64,000 nt of DNA from Dimorphilus gyrociliatus (taxonomy: Eukaryota; Animalia; Annelida), in NCBI GenBank assembly GCA_904063045.1, contig CAJFCJ010000007.1, positions 3,231,404 to 3,295,403 on the forward strand. The letters run 5' to 3'. Below, piece by piece: positions 1 through 13,113 of this stretch (positions are counted from its first letter, which is position 1; every line of letters begins with the position of its first letter). The translations under genes and the position numbers were made by a program. Below the pieces are notes generated by a model. That model did no database searches. It saw nothing but the letters and a program-made list of their open reading frames with translations, and was not told where the DNA came from.

Positions 1-123
1 TGTAAGTTATCATTAAAATATTATGTATAAATAGAATATAGATCTTTCGAATAATGGATAATTGATATACTATATAATATGCTGATTACTAATTACTGAT
101 ATATTCTTTGTTCCATATAAAAG

Positions 124-1323
124 GACAATATGTTCCACGTAGACGTTGAAAAAGAAAAGTTTGCTTTAAAACCAATGAATTGCCCAGGTCACTGGTAAGA
201 ATAATATATTCTCATATAGATTTATACGAAATAAGTGTCGCGTAAGATTTTATAAATCCATTTCCTATTCTAGTTTGATGTTTGATGTTCGTCCAAGATC
301 TTGGAAGGAACTTCCATTAAGATTAGCTGATTTTGGAGTCCTGCATAGAAACGAACTGTCTGGTGCTCTATCTGGTCTCACTAGAGTTAGACGATTTCAA
401 CAGGATGATGCTCATATCTTCTGTCGACCAGATCAAATCAAGGAGGAGATAAACGGTTGCCTTGATTTTTTGAAAAGCATTTACGATGTTTTTGGATTTA
501 CATTCCACTTGAACTTATCTACCAGACCCGAAAAGTTTCTAGGAGAAATTAGTATGTGGGATGAAGCCGAAAAGCAGTTGGAGGAGAGCTTAAATAGCTT
601 TGGTGCAAAGTGGGACTTTAATCCTGGAGATGGTGCGTTTTACGGACCAAAAATCGATATTACGATCAAAGATGCTTTGAAGAGATCGCATCAATGCGCA
701 ACTATTCAGTTAGACTTCCAGCTTCCGATTAGGTTTAATTTATCATATGCCAGGTTGGTTATTATTACAGTCTGACGTACTTTTTAGATTTAAATATCTT
801 GATATTTCTTAGTGGTGAAGGTCAAAACGAAACCAAACCAGTTATGATTCACAGAGCAATTTTGGGTTCTGTTGAAAGAATGATTGCTATTTTATGTGAA
901 AACTATGCTGGAAAATGGCCATTCTGGCTATCACCAAGACAATGCCTTATTGTTCCAATTGGACCTGTTTTTGATGAATATGCAAAGTTCGTTGGTAAGA
1001 GTATTCGCGATGCTGGATTTCAATGCGAAGTTGATTTAGACGACGGTACTACAATGAATAAGAAAATAAGAAATGGACAATTATCTCAATTCAACTTCAT
1101 TCTTGGTATGGAAGAACACATATTACATGTAGATGAGTCTTCATTATCTATCTAAAAATTATTTCTATTTTCAGTTGTCGGTCAAAAGGAGAAGGACAAC
1201 AATACTGTTAACGTTAGAACCAGAGATAACAAAGTTCATGGAGAGAGGTCAATTGAAGAAGTTATCGAGAGATTTAAGGAATTTAAGAAGACTAGGATTC
1301 TTGATGCAGAAGAAAAATTCTAA
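124..1323 (+). CDS. TARS1: Threonyl-tRNA synthetase, cytoplasmic type; 3' half only (gene continues upstream of the window)
   Basis: Manual exons ~124-194, 274-753, 813-1105 and 1175-1323 with GT-AG introns. Motifs: [68 protein letters not shown], and anticodon-binding domain [17 protein letters not shown]. Stop TAA at 1321-1323. Confidence 0.97.
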
Positions 1324-2017
1324 AGAAAAAACACCATGTCAGCCTAATTATTAAACTTTTATCATTAATAACTATTCTAAGAAAGTGAAAAAAATAACAA
1401 CAAAGTATTTCCTATATGAATTGAGATTCCAACTAACCAATTTTCTATTTCTCTTCTTACCAACCATTGCTTAGGTTGCGATTTAAATGAACAACAGAAA
1501 CATTACGATCATTTAATTAAATTTTCCTGGAAATACTTTCTGTTTTCTTTTCCTTTTCTTTTGGGAATTAATAAAAGTATGCACATGGAATAAAAGTTTA
1601 ACGTGGAGTGGTTATAAATCTAAATTATTTTTTTAAACTCGTATAAATAATATATCTATAAATAGCTCCATAAGAATATTATAATTAGGATAGAGGGTAC
1701 TAAAAAAATTAAATTACTCTAACTCTAGTTGGTTAATTTTTAAGTCACCTGAGTATGGAGATAGTTATCGCAGCCTATCTTAAACGAAATTGCCGACCTT
1801 GACACTACAAAAACTGGTTGAACATTTTAGTTCGATGCTAAGTAGAACTTCATAATCGCAAACATTAATATAGTCTGCAACTAAATTTGGTGTTTAAGAC
1901 TTTCGATTGTGATATTATTTGGAGAATTTAGGTTTTTTGTTTTTAGGAAAGAGTCAGAGTGCTATGCTTTAAGCATTATTGTCATTCGCTCACGTGGAAG
2001 CTACATTATCGCTCACA

Positions 2018-4071
2018 ATGAATGGACCTGATATCATATTTTTTCTAGTTATGCTATTTCAGCTAGTGATATGTCCTTATAATAAAGTAGAAGAATCATT
2101 TAATACGCAAGCGTCTCATGATATAATATTTTATGGCCCAAATATAGGAATGGTGAGTTTACAAATAGAAAACAATTGAAATTTATATTAAAAAAACAAT
2201 AATAAACCTATACTTTGATCTAAATTTATTAAAAATAATGTGTATTAAATGATACTTATTAAGTATATATTATTATTTCAGTATGATCACTTAGAATTTC
2301 CTGGAGTTGTACCGCGTTCTTTTATAGGACCGCTATTTTTAGCAACAATGTCATCTCCATTTGTAGCTCTATTTAAAGCAATTGGTTTAAGTAAATTTGC
2401 CAGTCAATTGCTAAGTATGTTGTTTTCTCTTTAAAAAAAAGGATGGAGAGAAAATCTAATAAAAAATATTAATTATTCCAATTTATTCATCTTCAGTTAG
2501 ATTAGTTCTTGGTTTAACTGTTTGGCATGCTTTTAAAAGATATCAGGCAGCAATTGGTCAAAGATATGGTCAAAATATTACAAAATGGTTAACTATTATA
2601 AGTTGTACTCAATTTCATTTTATATTCTATATGACAAGAACATTACCGAATACATTTGCATTAGTCTTATGTTGGTAGTTTATTTAAGAAAACATTTATT
2701 TATTCATGTTTCAATTTATCTAATAACTTTTTTTGTTTTCCTTTTTTTTCTTCTTCTCTTTCTATTTATAGGTTTACATGCTCTAGCATTTGTAATTAAA
2801 CGAAATCATCTATCTTTCATTTTTTCTGCTGCCTGCGGAATTATCATCTTTAGATCAGAATTGGCTATAATGATGGGTTGCTATTTAATATCAGAATTAA
2901 TGACTAAATTGAGAGTTGTTGATGCAATAAAATATTCAATACCAGCAGGTTTTCTATGGATATGTAAGTTTTTTCTAAATGATTATTCATAGATTTTGTA
3001 TAGGTTTACTCTTTCTTTTTTTAGTTTTTACAGTTTTTATTGATTCATATTTCTGGAGAAGATGGGTTTGGCCGGAAGCTGAGGTATTCTATTTTAATAC
3101 GTTCCTAAACAAAAGTTCAGGATGGGGGGTTTGTTTTTCATTGCTTTTAAAAATGCACAAGATATTCATTCTTACATTAACATTATACTTTAGACATCGC
3201 CATTTTTCTGGTATTTTTATTCAGCAATACCAAGAGCCTTGGCTACTTCTTTATTTTTTATTCCATTTGGGTTTTATATGGAATCTGGAATCCGACAATT
3301 ATTCCTTCCGGCAATCGTATATGTCGGATTTTACTCTTTCTTACCACACAAAGAATTAAGATTTATAATTTACATATTCCCAATCTTCAATACTGTCGCA
3401 GCGGTTGCTTGCGCAAGATTGTAAACAATTTAACATTTTATAACTATATATACTATATATATATATATATATAATGTATGCAACCCCATTAAAAATTATT
3501 CATTTTTTTTCCAGTTGGCGTTCAATGAATCAGTCGTTATTTAAAAAAATCCTTGCAATATGGGTTATAGCGCATTTGGCGTTAAATATTCTTTTCTCTG
3601 GTCTATTGTTATATTTAGCAAATATAAACTATCCTGGTGGACAAGCTATGCAAATTCTACATAAAATCGAACCTAGATCTTCCCCTGTATACGTTCATAT
3701 AGATACTTTATCAGCGGAAACAGGTGTTTCCAGATTTACGGAATTGTTTGATAATTGGAGGTAGACATATTTCAAAAAAGAGATATTTTACATGTCGATA
3801 ATATGACAAAAACACTAATAGATTTTATATCTATAGCTATAGTAAAAAAGAAGGTATTGCTCCTAATTCTGAAGAAATGCTTGGATTCACACATATTTTA
3901 ACCGAACCAGGCGTAAATAATGAAAAACTTAGAATGTATAATCAAACTCATTCAGTTATGAGTATTATTCAAGGACATCCCCAATTAAAGCTAGACTTAA
4001 ACGCCTTTCCATGGATTCCTATACGAATATTAACAAAACCTGCAATATATATTTTAAAGAGGAACGGTTAA
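2018..4071 (+). CDS. ALG12: Dol-P-Man:Man7GlcNAc2-PP-Dol alpha-1,6-mannosyltransferase
   Basis: Seven exons joined by GT-AG introns. Motifs: [112 protein letters not shown]. Confidence 0.94.
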
Positions 4072-6208
4072 AATTTAAATTATTATTTCTCTGGAAGAAA
4101 AACAAACAAACAAACGAAAAAAATAAACAAAATAAAACAACTAAGTCAATGAGTGAAACAGTCAAATATTGATTTTTTTTCTTTTCTTTTCTTATACCAA
4201 TACTATATCATCCGTTTAAGAAAGAATTCATTTATTTTAATAAAAATATGAATCAAATATAATAAATAAACAAACAAACATAAGAAAGGTAATAAATATA
4301 TAAAAATGAATGTTATACGTAAGCTTTGGTTTAATTGTTAATCAGTTTGTTACAAATGCTAACTGTCCTATATACAGTATATGATGAAGTAATCAATGGT
4401 AAAAGGGAATAGCGTATAATATACGTAATTCATTTTTTCTACAGAATAGTTAAGTAAAGGTATTAAAATTGACAATATTATGCGTATATTGTTTTTATAA
4501 ACTTGACATAAAAAATCATATTATAGTATGACAGTTAATGAATGAATATATATAAGAAACCATCAACACTGATGAATAAATAATGAAAGTATAAAAGATA
4601 GTGAAAAGGTTATGAATTTGAATTTTAAGCATTTCATAAAGTATGAATATAATACTTTAAATAAATTTCTATTCCTATCATCTCTACACTCTTATTAGAT
4701 TAATTCAAGAATGAATGAATGATTCTATAGTATCTCTGTCCAGCAGAATGAAGAACTATTGATTACATTTTATAAGAAAATATACTATTTATATAAGGTG
4801 TTTATATTTAGCCATTTGAATTTTACACTAAAGAATCATAAAGGGTTATTTGTAACTTTTGTTTCATCTATAATTCATTATCTATGATATACAAAAGAAC
4901 TTGTAAATGTATTTTATATGTATACTCTACTAATGACTTATACGTTTCTTTTTAATGATTTAAGTAAAAGTATTATGTAAATATCATCTACTTTCCTATT
5001 TATTTTGTTTAGATACATGAAAATTTTATTATATTTCTAATTGAATAGTTTCCAAATATAAAACTATTAATAACTGAATCAATAAGGTATTTACTTGGAA
5101 AATCGATAGAAATATTCTTTTCTTTCTTTAAGTATTCTGATATGATGACGGACTTTAGAATAGGCGCCTTATTCTCTCATCATTTTTCCGCCTTCTTAAA
5201 TTTTGTTTACTCGAGTTAATTGGTCTATCATCTATCTTTGATCATGCTATGAATCTTAATATTATAAGAAACAAATGTATTCAAGTAGCTTTTTTATTGG
5301 TCTAAAGGTTTTTGGTCATGTTTTTTTATTCTTTTTACTCTGAAATGAAATCTTTCAATGAAAAGCTAAAATAACAAGATGTTTTCGATATTATAGACAA
5401 TTTACTATTTTAACTCGGATTACTCGATAAATAAAATAAAGATTTCTCTTCTATTGACTTTTCAATACAATAAAACAACAGAAGAAGATGAAGAAGAAGA
5501 AGAAAACCCTGTATGTACACTGATAAAAAAAGGAATAGAAGAAAGGAGTAATCTTTAGAGAGATTGATTAGAATTATCTGATGTTTTTCAATGTTTTCCA
5601 ACATTTTAAATATCTTAAATAAAACTATCTTATGATAGTATTCTTATTTATCTAATGAAATATCCTTCAGTCTATCGAAGTGTATTAGTAAAAATTACAG
5701 AAAATGATCTTCTTATCGGAGAAAGTAAAAAATTTAAGTTTAAATAAAAAACAAAAAGAAACTCCATATTGATTATTCTGATTATTCTTTTATCCAAGTC
5801 TGGAATCTTCATTTAAATGTTATCTTTATTTAGACAGATAAAGTTTATTTTTTGTCTCAATCTGATATGAGAAACCAAACATTCGTTGTAACAGTTATTT
5901 ATTATTAAATCTATTATCAAATGAAACGTAGATAAGCTTCCATTTTTGAATAAACAATTTATTAACGGAAGAGGGTTAGAGAAGAAGATTCAAAAAGTCA
6001 AATGGACGTAGATAGACCTAGAATAATATCAGTTGAAAACGTTTTTAAACCATCAATAGTAGATAAGAGCTGTTGATTAGTAGTATATATTTTTTTTATC
6101 TCTACTGAGAAATGATTGTGAAACTTGTAGTAATATCATTTTGTTATTTTGAATGTTAGATAAAGAATAGAGGAGGTAGAGGGAGAGAAGGAGAAAGGGA
6201 GGGAGGGA

Positions 6209-6213
<5 letters not shown>

Positions 6214-6248
<35 letters not shown>
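6214..6248. repeat. (GA)n microsatellite at the end of a polypurine tract
   Basis: Direct reading of gagagaga... following gggagggagg (6181-6248). Confidence 0.95.
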
Positions 6249-6249
<1 letters not shown>

Positions 6250-6281
6250 GGAGGTGCGTCTACCTACAAAAAAAGAGACAA

Positions 6282-6294
6282 CTTGGTGGCGCTT
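6282..6294 (+). promoter_or_regulatory. CTCF-like motif CTTGGTGGCGCTT
   Basis: An identical 13-mer recurs at 11025-11037. It resembles the 3' core (AG[AG]TGGCGC) of the CTCF consensus. Confidence 0.4.
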
Positions 6295-7533
6295 TCGTTT
6301 AAGATTTTAAATAAATGACCTCTTTTATTTAAAAGCCATCAGCACTTTAACTTTTAATTAACTATAAAAGAGGAATATACTGTAATGCAAACTATATATA
6401 TATATATACATATATACAATCCATCATTCTACAAGGGTATAATAGCAGCATTAGCAGTCTGATATCCAGTTAAAGTATATTGGCAAGTACAATATGTATT
6501 GTTTCACAAATCCAACATGAAAACCACGCTTTTTAATTATATAACTTAATAACTAAATATATAAGAAGAAACTATTTAAATCGACAAAAAAAAGAAGAAA
6601 AAGTTAGTGGTACGTGCATGTAGGCAAGAGTCACCAGGTGAGAAGATAACCAAGATAAATCGGTTTTAATTCAGGAAATTTTAATGAAAACTTAGTTATA
6701 AGTCAAAAGTAATCAAGTAAATCAATTACGTGAAAAACCAGTCTAACATAATACTTTCTTAGGTATGAAAATTAACTCATTTCTCATTCCTTATAGAATT
6801 TCTCGACTACAACGGATCCTTTAACAGGAAATACTAATGTATTATACTCTATGAAGTAATGATTAATATATTTAATGCTTAATCTCTTCTATAATGATTA
6901 TTACATTCTAGCCATGCTTCTTGTATTCCTTAACATAGTAAATCAGTTTTATCATTCTCTTTCCACAACAATTTACTAATGCCATCTATAGTTTAAATAT
7001 GTAATTACATATGTTGAATCTATTATTAAAGTTATTGTTATTTAATTCCTATCTATGTTTTTGTATAAATACATTGTATATTCTTAGAAAATATCACTAG
7101 CACTCCTACTATCTTCTTTCGCAATATTCTTTGAAGAAGGGAATATTGTAAATAAGAACAGCCCTATTCAATTGGAGTATAGAGGTTGAGTATTTAGGAC
7201 ATGAAATTTTTCAATGGCTATTCAAGCCATAGATGTTTTCAATATATGCAAAATACCACTATTATCTAAGAGAAGGTATGTTACAATATCTTTAAATTGG
7301 TCGTCCGAATTATTCGCATCAAAAGCCTCTGACATTTTTAAAGGGAAACTTAAAAGGAAGGTGAAAGTTATAGGACGTTTGGTTAATTTAGAGGACATTG
7401 AGCGCAGAGGCGCTGCGGCATGGCATACATTCTCAACCTCTCAACTAGTATAAAATGGACAAAACTTATCTACATCTCTACAATCTTTCAGGAACATTCA
7501 AACTGAAAAGATAACTAAAACCTTAATAGAAAA

Positions 7534-8254
7534 ATGTCTAACATCGACTTTTACTACTTTGTCGTAAGTCCTTATTGCAGAAGCGTTCTTTATGCTGCTG
7601 AGGTGCTAGATGTAAAATTGAACAAGAAAGTGATCAATCTTTTGAAAGGAGAACAGAAAAATGAAGAATTTGTTAAGGTATATATATTTATAGAAAATAT
7701 ACTTGAAATCTTTACCAGTTGTATTTACTCTTCAGTTAAACCCTCATCATAAAGTCCCTACTCTTGTTGATGGGGATTTTGTATTGGGTGAATCCAGATC
7801 CATCCTTACCTATCTTTTCAACAAGTACGGTAAATCCAAGCACGAATATCTCTATCCTAAAGATTTGAAGAAGAGAGCTAAAATTGAACAATTTTTATAC
7901 TATACTGCAACAACAGTTGCTCCGGCCGTTCTTGGTTATTTTGCGGGAATTTTCTTCGGAAAGAGAAAGCCAACAGAGGAGGAGACAACTAAACTCGAAA
8001 CAGCTTTGAATGACCTTGACAAGATTTACTTTCAGAATTCACCTTTCATTTTTGGTGATAAACCGACTCTAGCAGATTTCGATTTGGCACCAGTCATTCT
8101 CCATTTGGAATTGCTTAAATACGATTATTCGAAATACCCTGGAATTTCTAAATTTATCGCCGCAGTCAAAAAATCCGATTGGATTACAGATACTGAATTA
8201 GAGTTCAAACAAACAGCCGAAGCACTTATGAAAGATTTCAAACCTTCAGCCTAA
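7534..8254 (+). CDS. Glutathione S-transferase 1 (theta/delta-like)
   Basis: Exons 7534-7677 and 7736-8254, separated by a 58-nt phase-0 GT-AG intron. N-terminal SPYCRSV, then LNPHHKVPTLVD..LGESRSI and FIFGDKPTLADF. Confidence 0.93.
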
Positions 8255-8938
8255 AAACTTTATAAACAAATAGTATTAATTCAGTTTTATAAAACCCCGT
8301 GATTTGTTTCCGTCATCTTTTTGATAATTGTAGATTGATTACTTAGTAATAAATAAATCAAAAGTATTCGTATCTTTTAGTTTTATTATCACATTCCTAA
8401 ATGGAAATTAGTTGCAAAATTTATATTTATAGACTGGTTAAAACATTCTATTATTTTTGCTTTTATTCCATATTTATTTAATCATAATTGAGCGATAATA
8501 AAAGTTGACACGGAAAAATATTCAAGTAAACAATAATAGAATTACATAAACTATTGTATAGATAGTGATAACAATGCTTATTTATTTATAAACAGTTTTA
8601 AACTAATCTATATTACAATATATAGTTACATTGTTATTATTAGGGACAAAGAGACTCTATAATACACTTAATACAATGATATATAAGATGGTATAATGCA
8701 TTCGAATTATTTATAGATTAACCTATTTCCTTCAAATTATAGCGAGTTTTTAGGCCTAAACTGATACATTATTCAAAAAGATAATTTGTCTCTTTAACAA
8801 AAAATTAGAGTAAGTTAATTTACGAGAGCAAAGTGCGATGAGACGTTTTTTGCATGATTTTCATACTACGCCTTGTAGGCCCATACATTTTTTCAGAGAC
8901 TCTCAAATGAAAGAGAGAGCGAAAATCATAACAGAAAA

Positions 8939-9088
8939 ATGCCTAAACTTGACTTCTACTACTACATTTTAAGCCCTTATTGCAGAAGCGTTCTTTTTGG
9001 CGCCAAATTGTTAAATGTAAACTTGAATTTGAAAGTGGTTGATCTTTTTAAAGGAGAACATAAAAATGAGGCATATCTTAAGGTATAA

Positions 9089-9120
<32 letters not shown>

Positions 9121-9675
9121 GCAAAACATAGTAGAACTCTTTACCAGTTATATTTACACTTTTAGTTAAACCCTCATCATAAAGTCCCTACTCTTGTTGA
9201 TGAAGATCTTATATTGGGTGAATCTAGATCCATACTTACTTATCTGTTTAACAAGTATGGTAAATCTAAGCACGAATATCTCTATCCTAAAGATTTGAAG
9301 AAGAGAGCTAAAATTGAACAGTTTTTTTACTATTCTGCATCAACAATTGCTCCGGTAGTGACTACCGGAATTCTGCTTGGAAAGAGACAACGAACAGCGG
9401 AGGAAAGAACTAAACTGGAAGCAGTTTTGGATAATCTTGATAAGATTTACTTTCAGAATTCACCTTTCATTTTCGGCGATAAACCAACTCTAGCCGATTT
9501 GGATTTGGCATCACTTCTTCTATATTTGGAAATGCTTAAATATAATTGTTCGAAATATCCAAATATTTCTAAATTTCTCACTGCATCCAAAGAAAGCGAA
9601 TGGATTGAAGCTTCCGCTACAGAGTATAAACAAACTTCCGAAGCTGTAATGAAGGATTTCAATCCTTCAGCTTAA
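8939..9675 (+). CDS. Glutathione S-transferase 2 (theta/delta-like; recent paralog of GST1)
   Basis: Exons 8939-9082 and 9166-9675, with an 83-nt intron containing (TA)n at the same position as in GST1. Motifs SPYCRSV, LNPHHKVPTLVD, GESRSILTYLFNKYGK. Confidence 0.92.
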
Positions 9676-11024
9676 ATAAATTACACATTTAGTATTGCAT
9701 CAATCTTATAAAACTCCATGGTTTATTTTAGTTTTATCTGTTTTGCAGATGATTACTTAATAATAAACTATAGAAAATGCAAAAAGAAGATAAAACTACT
9801 CTGTATCTTTTAATTTTATTATCGCTCCTAATGGCAATTAATGCAAAATTTATATATATAGGCTTGTAAACATTGACTATTTTTGCTTTTAAACGAAAGT
9901 TTTTAGCACACTAATCTGTAAGGTAAACTACTTTATTCCCATATTTGCGTTATATATTCACACATTGAGCGATAATAAAAGTTAATATAGAAATAATATT
10001 AAAGTACATACGCAAGTACTCAATAATATAATTTCTTAACATTATTATATGAATGACAAATGTTTATTCGTATAGAAATTTGGTTTAACATAATCAAATA
10101 GAAGATCCAGTAACATTGTTTTCGTTAGGATATAAATGTCGAATATTCTCTATAACCTTGGAATTCTTATAGGTTAACCTACTTCTTTTAAACTGTATCA
10201 AAGTTTTAATGCCAAAACTCATATTAGCGTCAATTAAAATCTACAAATCTCTTACTCTATATTATAAAATAGAGTATATAAATACATAGTTAAAGTATAA
10301 TTGTTAATTAGGTCAGTTTAATTGCTATCTAGAAAAATATTTATAGCATCTTCATAGAGTTGACAATCGTCTAATTATAAGAATGCATGCAAGGTTGACA
10401 ATGATAACACAGCGGGTGGGTTTTGTTTTTTTATCTAGAATGAATAAGTGATGTATTTAACCAAATCATCTATTATTCCTAAACGAAAGTTTACGCACTT
10501 TGTCAATCTATTTCCATTAAACTATGCTCCTAGTAAAGAATCATATTACATATATTTTTCATGTTATACATTTACATTTTTAGTTTATTGCATGCACAAA
10601 TGTATTTCATGATTATTATCAATTTTTGTATGATATATCAAGGAAAATATGCTAATTAGGTTTCTTAAGAGGATTCAACATTTCTTGATCCGTTTCCCTT
10701 ATCAACCCTTTCCTTTACGTTTTTCTTTTTTGCTTATTCATTATTGTATTCACTACTATTTTCAATAGAATGTAGATAAACCAAAAGCTATACACTGTTA
10801 ACAGACTCTTAGTTTCATCATATCTAACTGATAAATCTAGTAGTATTAATGCGTTTTGTTGATATAATATTGAATATGGGAATAAGACGTTTAAGATTCA
10901 GATAATTGGTTAACATTGCAGATTAGTGTGGAAGGATGAACTAATTCCTTGGAGCATTCTTGGGAAATGTCTAATTGAAAGTTTCTTTCAATACGGGATG
11001 TAGAGTTCAATATATGTAGCATAG

Positions 11025-11109
11025 CTTGGTGGCGCTTCAAACCAGCATAATTATTGACCTCATCTTTATTGTATAAAAACTGAAAGATTCTTTTTCTTGC
11101 CACATCAGT
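11025..11109 (+). promoter_or_regulatory. GST3 proximal promoter: CTCF-like motif, TATA box, initiator
   Basis: CTTGGTGGCGCTT at 11025-11037, TATAAAA at 11072-11078 and TCAGT (Inr-like) at 11105-11109. The TATA-to-Inr spacing is ~30 nt, and the ATG is at 11146. Confidence 0.55.
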
Positions 11110-11145
11110 GAGTGATTCGGAAATAATAGTGAAAACTTCTAAGCA

Positions 11146-11876
11146 ATGCCTACGTTAGACTTGTACACTTTTGCTATCAGCCCACCATGCAGAGCTGTCA
11201 TCTCGACAGCCCAGATTCTTGGTGTGGACTTTAATGAGAAACATTTGGAATTGTTTAAGGGAGAACACCTAACTGAAGACTTTCTAAAGGTAAATGAATC
11301 GAATTTTTGCTGTTTTATATGATGTATGCTGAACTTGCATTTTTTTTGCAGCTGAATCCTCATCATAAAGTTCCACTACTGGTCGATGAAGACTATACTT
11401 TAGGAGAATCTAGAGCTATTCAAATATACTTGTTCAATAAGTACGCTAAACCAGAGTCAGACTATCTCTATCCCAAGGATATTCAAAAGAGAGGAAAAGT
11501 TGATTGGCTACTGTACTTTGATTCTGCAACCCTTTTCCCCAATGCTCTTGCCTTTTTCAAAGCATACAAATTTCAAGGAAGAAAGCCGAATGAAGAAGAA
11601 ACTAAAACTCTAATAGATACTCTGGATTTGGTAGATAAAAACTACTTTCAAAATTCCGACTTCCTCTTTGGAGATAAGCCATCGCTTGCCGATATTTCCT
11701 TCGCTGCCAGTCTTTCCTTTCTCGATATGATCAATTTCGATTTCTCCAAATGGGAAAGAATTTCGAAATTCTTAAGTGCTTCTAGAAATACCGCTTGGTT
11801 TAAGAAGGGCCCAGCATTGTACAACGAAATGTCTGAGGAGTGGCGAAATAGTATTAAGGAGAAAGGTCTTATTTAA
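11146..11876 (+). CDS. Glutathione S-transferase 3 (theta/delta-like)
   Basis: Exons 11146-11289 and 11352-11876. Motifs MPTLDLYTFAISPPCRAV, LNPHHKVPLLVD..LGESRAI, RGKVDWLLYFD, FLFGDKPSLADI. Confidence 0.93.
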
Positions 11877-12050
11877 GACAAGACATCAATCATTGTGTTC
11901 ATTATAGAACAATAGATATGATAATAGATCTAAAAATAATTAACAAAGCTGTTATCTTTGAAAAATGTATGTGCTATTATAGAAATAAACAAGAACTTTG
12001 CAAGATAATAAATTTGTTCGATATACAGTGTTTAGCACGTAATAATAATA

Positions 12051-12118
12051 CAGATGGCGCTGAAATCAAATATTATATCACTTATATATTGAACTAATCA
12101 AATAAGGTTGGTGGCGCT
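12051..12118 (+). promoter_or_regulatory. Pair of CTCF-like motifs upstream of GST4
   Basis: CAGATGGCGCTG at 12051-12062 and TTGGTGGCGCT at 12108-12118, in otherwise very AT-rich DNA. Confidence 0.45.
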
Positions 12119-12175
12119 CATTAGAACCTAAATGTTCACACTGAGTTTGAATATCATTTCGGTGTAACAGTCAGT

Positions 12176-12902
12176 ATGAGTACGGTTGACTTTTATTATT
12201 ACCCTTCGAGCGCCCCTTGCCGAGCTATCTTGTTCACAGCTAGAGCGATTGATTTAAATCTTAACCTCAAACACGTTGAACTTTTCCAAGCAGAACATAC
12301 TAAAGAGGACTTCATAAAGGTTAATTTCAAAGGGTGTCGTAAAGAGGTCTAAATAGATTATTATAATTTTTTAGTTGAATCCTCACCAACAAGTACCACT
12401 AATTGTTGATAATGGATTTTGCCTGGGAGAATCCAGAGCTATCCAAATGTATCTTTTCAATAGATACTCAAAGCCAGAACATGATGATTATTATCCTAAA
12501 GAATTGACTGGCAGAGGAAAGATAGACTGGCTTTTATATTACGATGCAACCACCATATGGCCTGCTGTCCAACCCTATTATGCATCAATCATGTATAAAA
12601 GTAGGCAACCAAACCAAGAAGAGAAAGAGAAACTTGAAAAAGCTTTCAACGATCTGGATACAATCTATTTTAGTAAAAACGTCTTCTTAACGGGTGATAA
12701 ACCAACTTTAGCTGACTTATCGATTGCGGCAACGATAACTCTTCTAGATGTCATCCAATATGACTTCTCTACGTACAAAGGCATATCCAGGTTCCTTTCA
12801 AATGCAAGAAAAGCTGACTGGTATCAAGCTGGAGACAACGATTATCGAAAGTTGATTGAAGAGTGGCAGAAGGGTTTCAGAGAGAAGGGTCTAATTGACT
12901 AG
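12176..12902 (+). CDS. Glutathione S-transferase 4 (theta/delta-like)
   Basis: Exons 12176-12319 and 12375-12902. Motifs MSTVDFYYYPSSAPCRAI, LNPHQQVPLIVDNGFCLGESRAI, FLTGDKPTLADL. Confidence 0.93.
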
Positions 12903-13113
12903 CTTGTTATTTATTAATGATATTGTCGTTTATTTTCTTGTAATATCATTTCTGAGAAAGAACCTTTTTTTCTTTCTCTTATAAAGGCTATCATGAAAAC
13001 AGGTTCTTTCACGAGTTACAAAACCCGAGAACAATTGAACAATTCTATAACGACTATGAGAAATAAACGATTATCTAAAAAAAATACGGCGACATGTATA
13101 AACTCTATCACAT

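Noticed and set aside
1991-1996. CACGTG E-box just upstream of the ALG12 ATG (possible UPR element)
   Set aside because: A single hexamer without ERSE/UPRE context, so it could easily be chance.
4560-5900. Protein-like fragments in the 3-kb gap after ALG12 (e.g. TTEEDEEEEENPVCTLIKKG)
   Set aside because: Stop density is close to that expected for AT-rich DNA, there is no recognisable motif, and the acidic run is explained by a (GAA)n tract.
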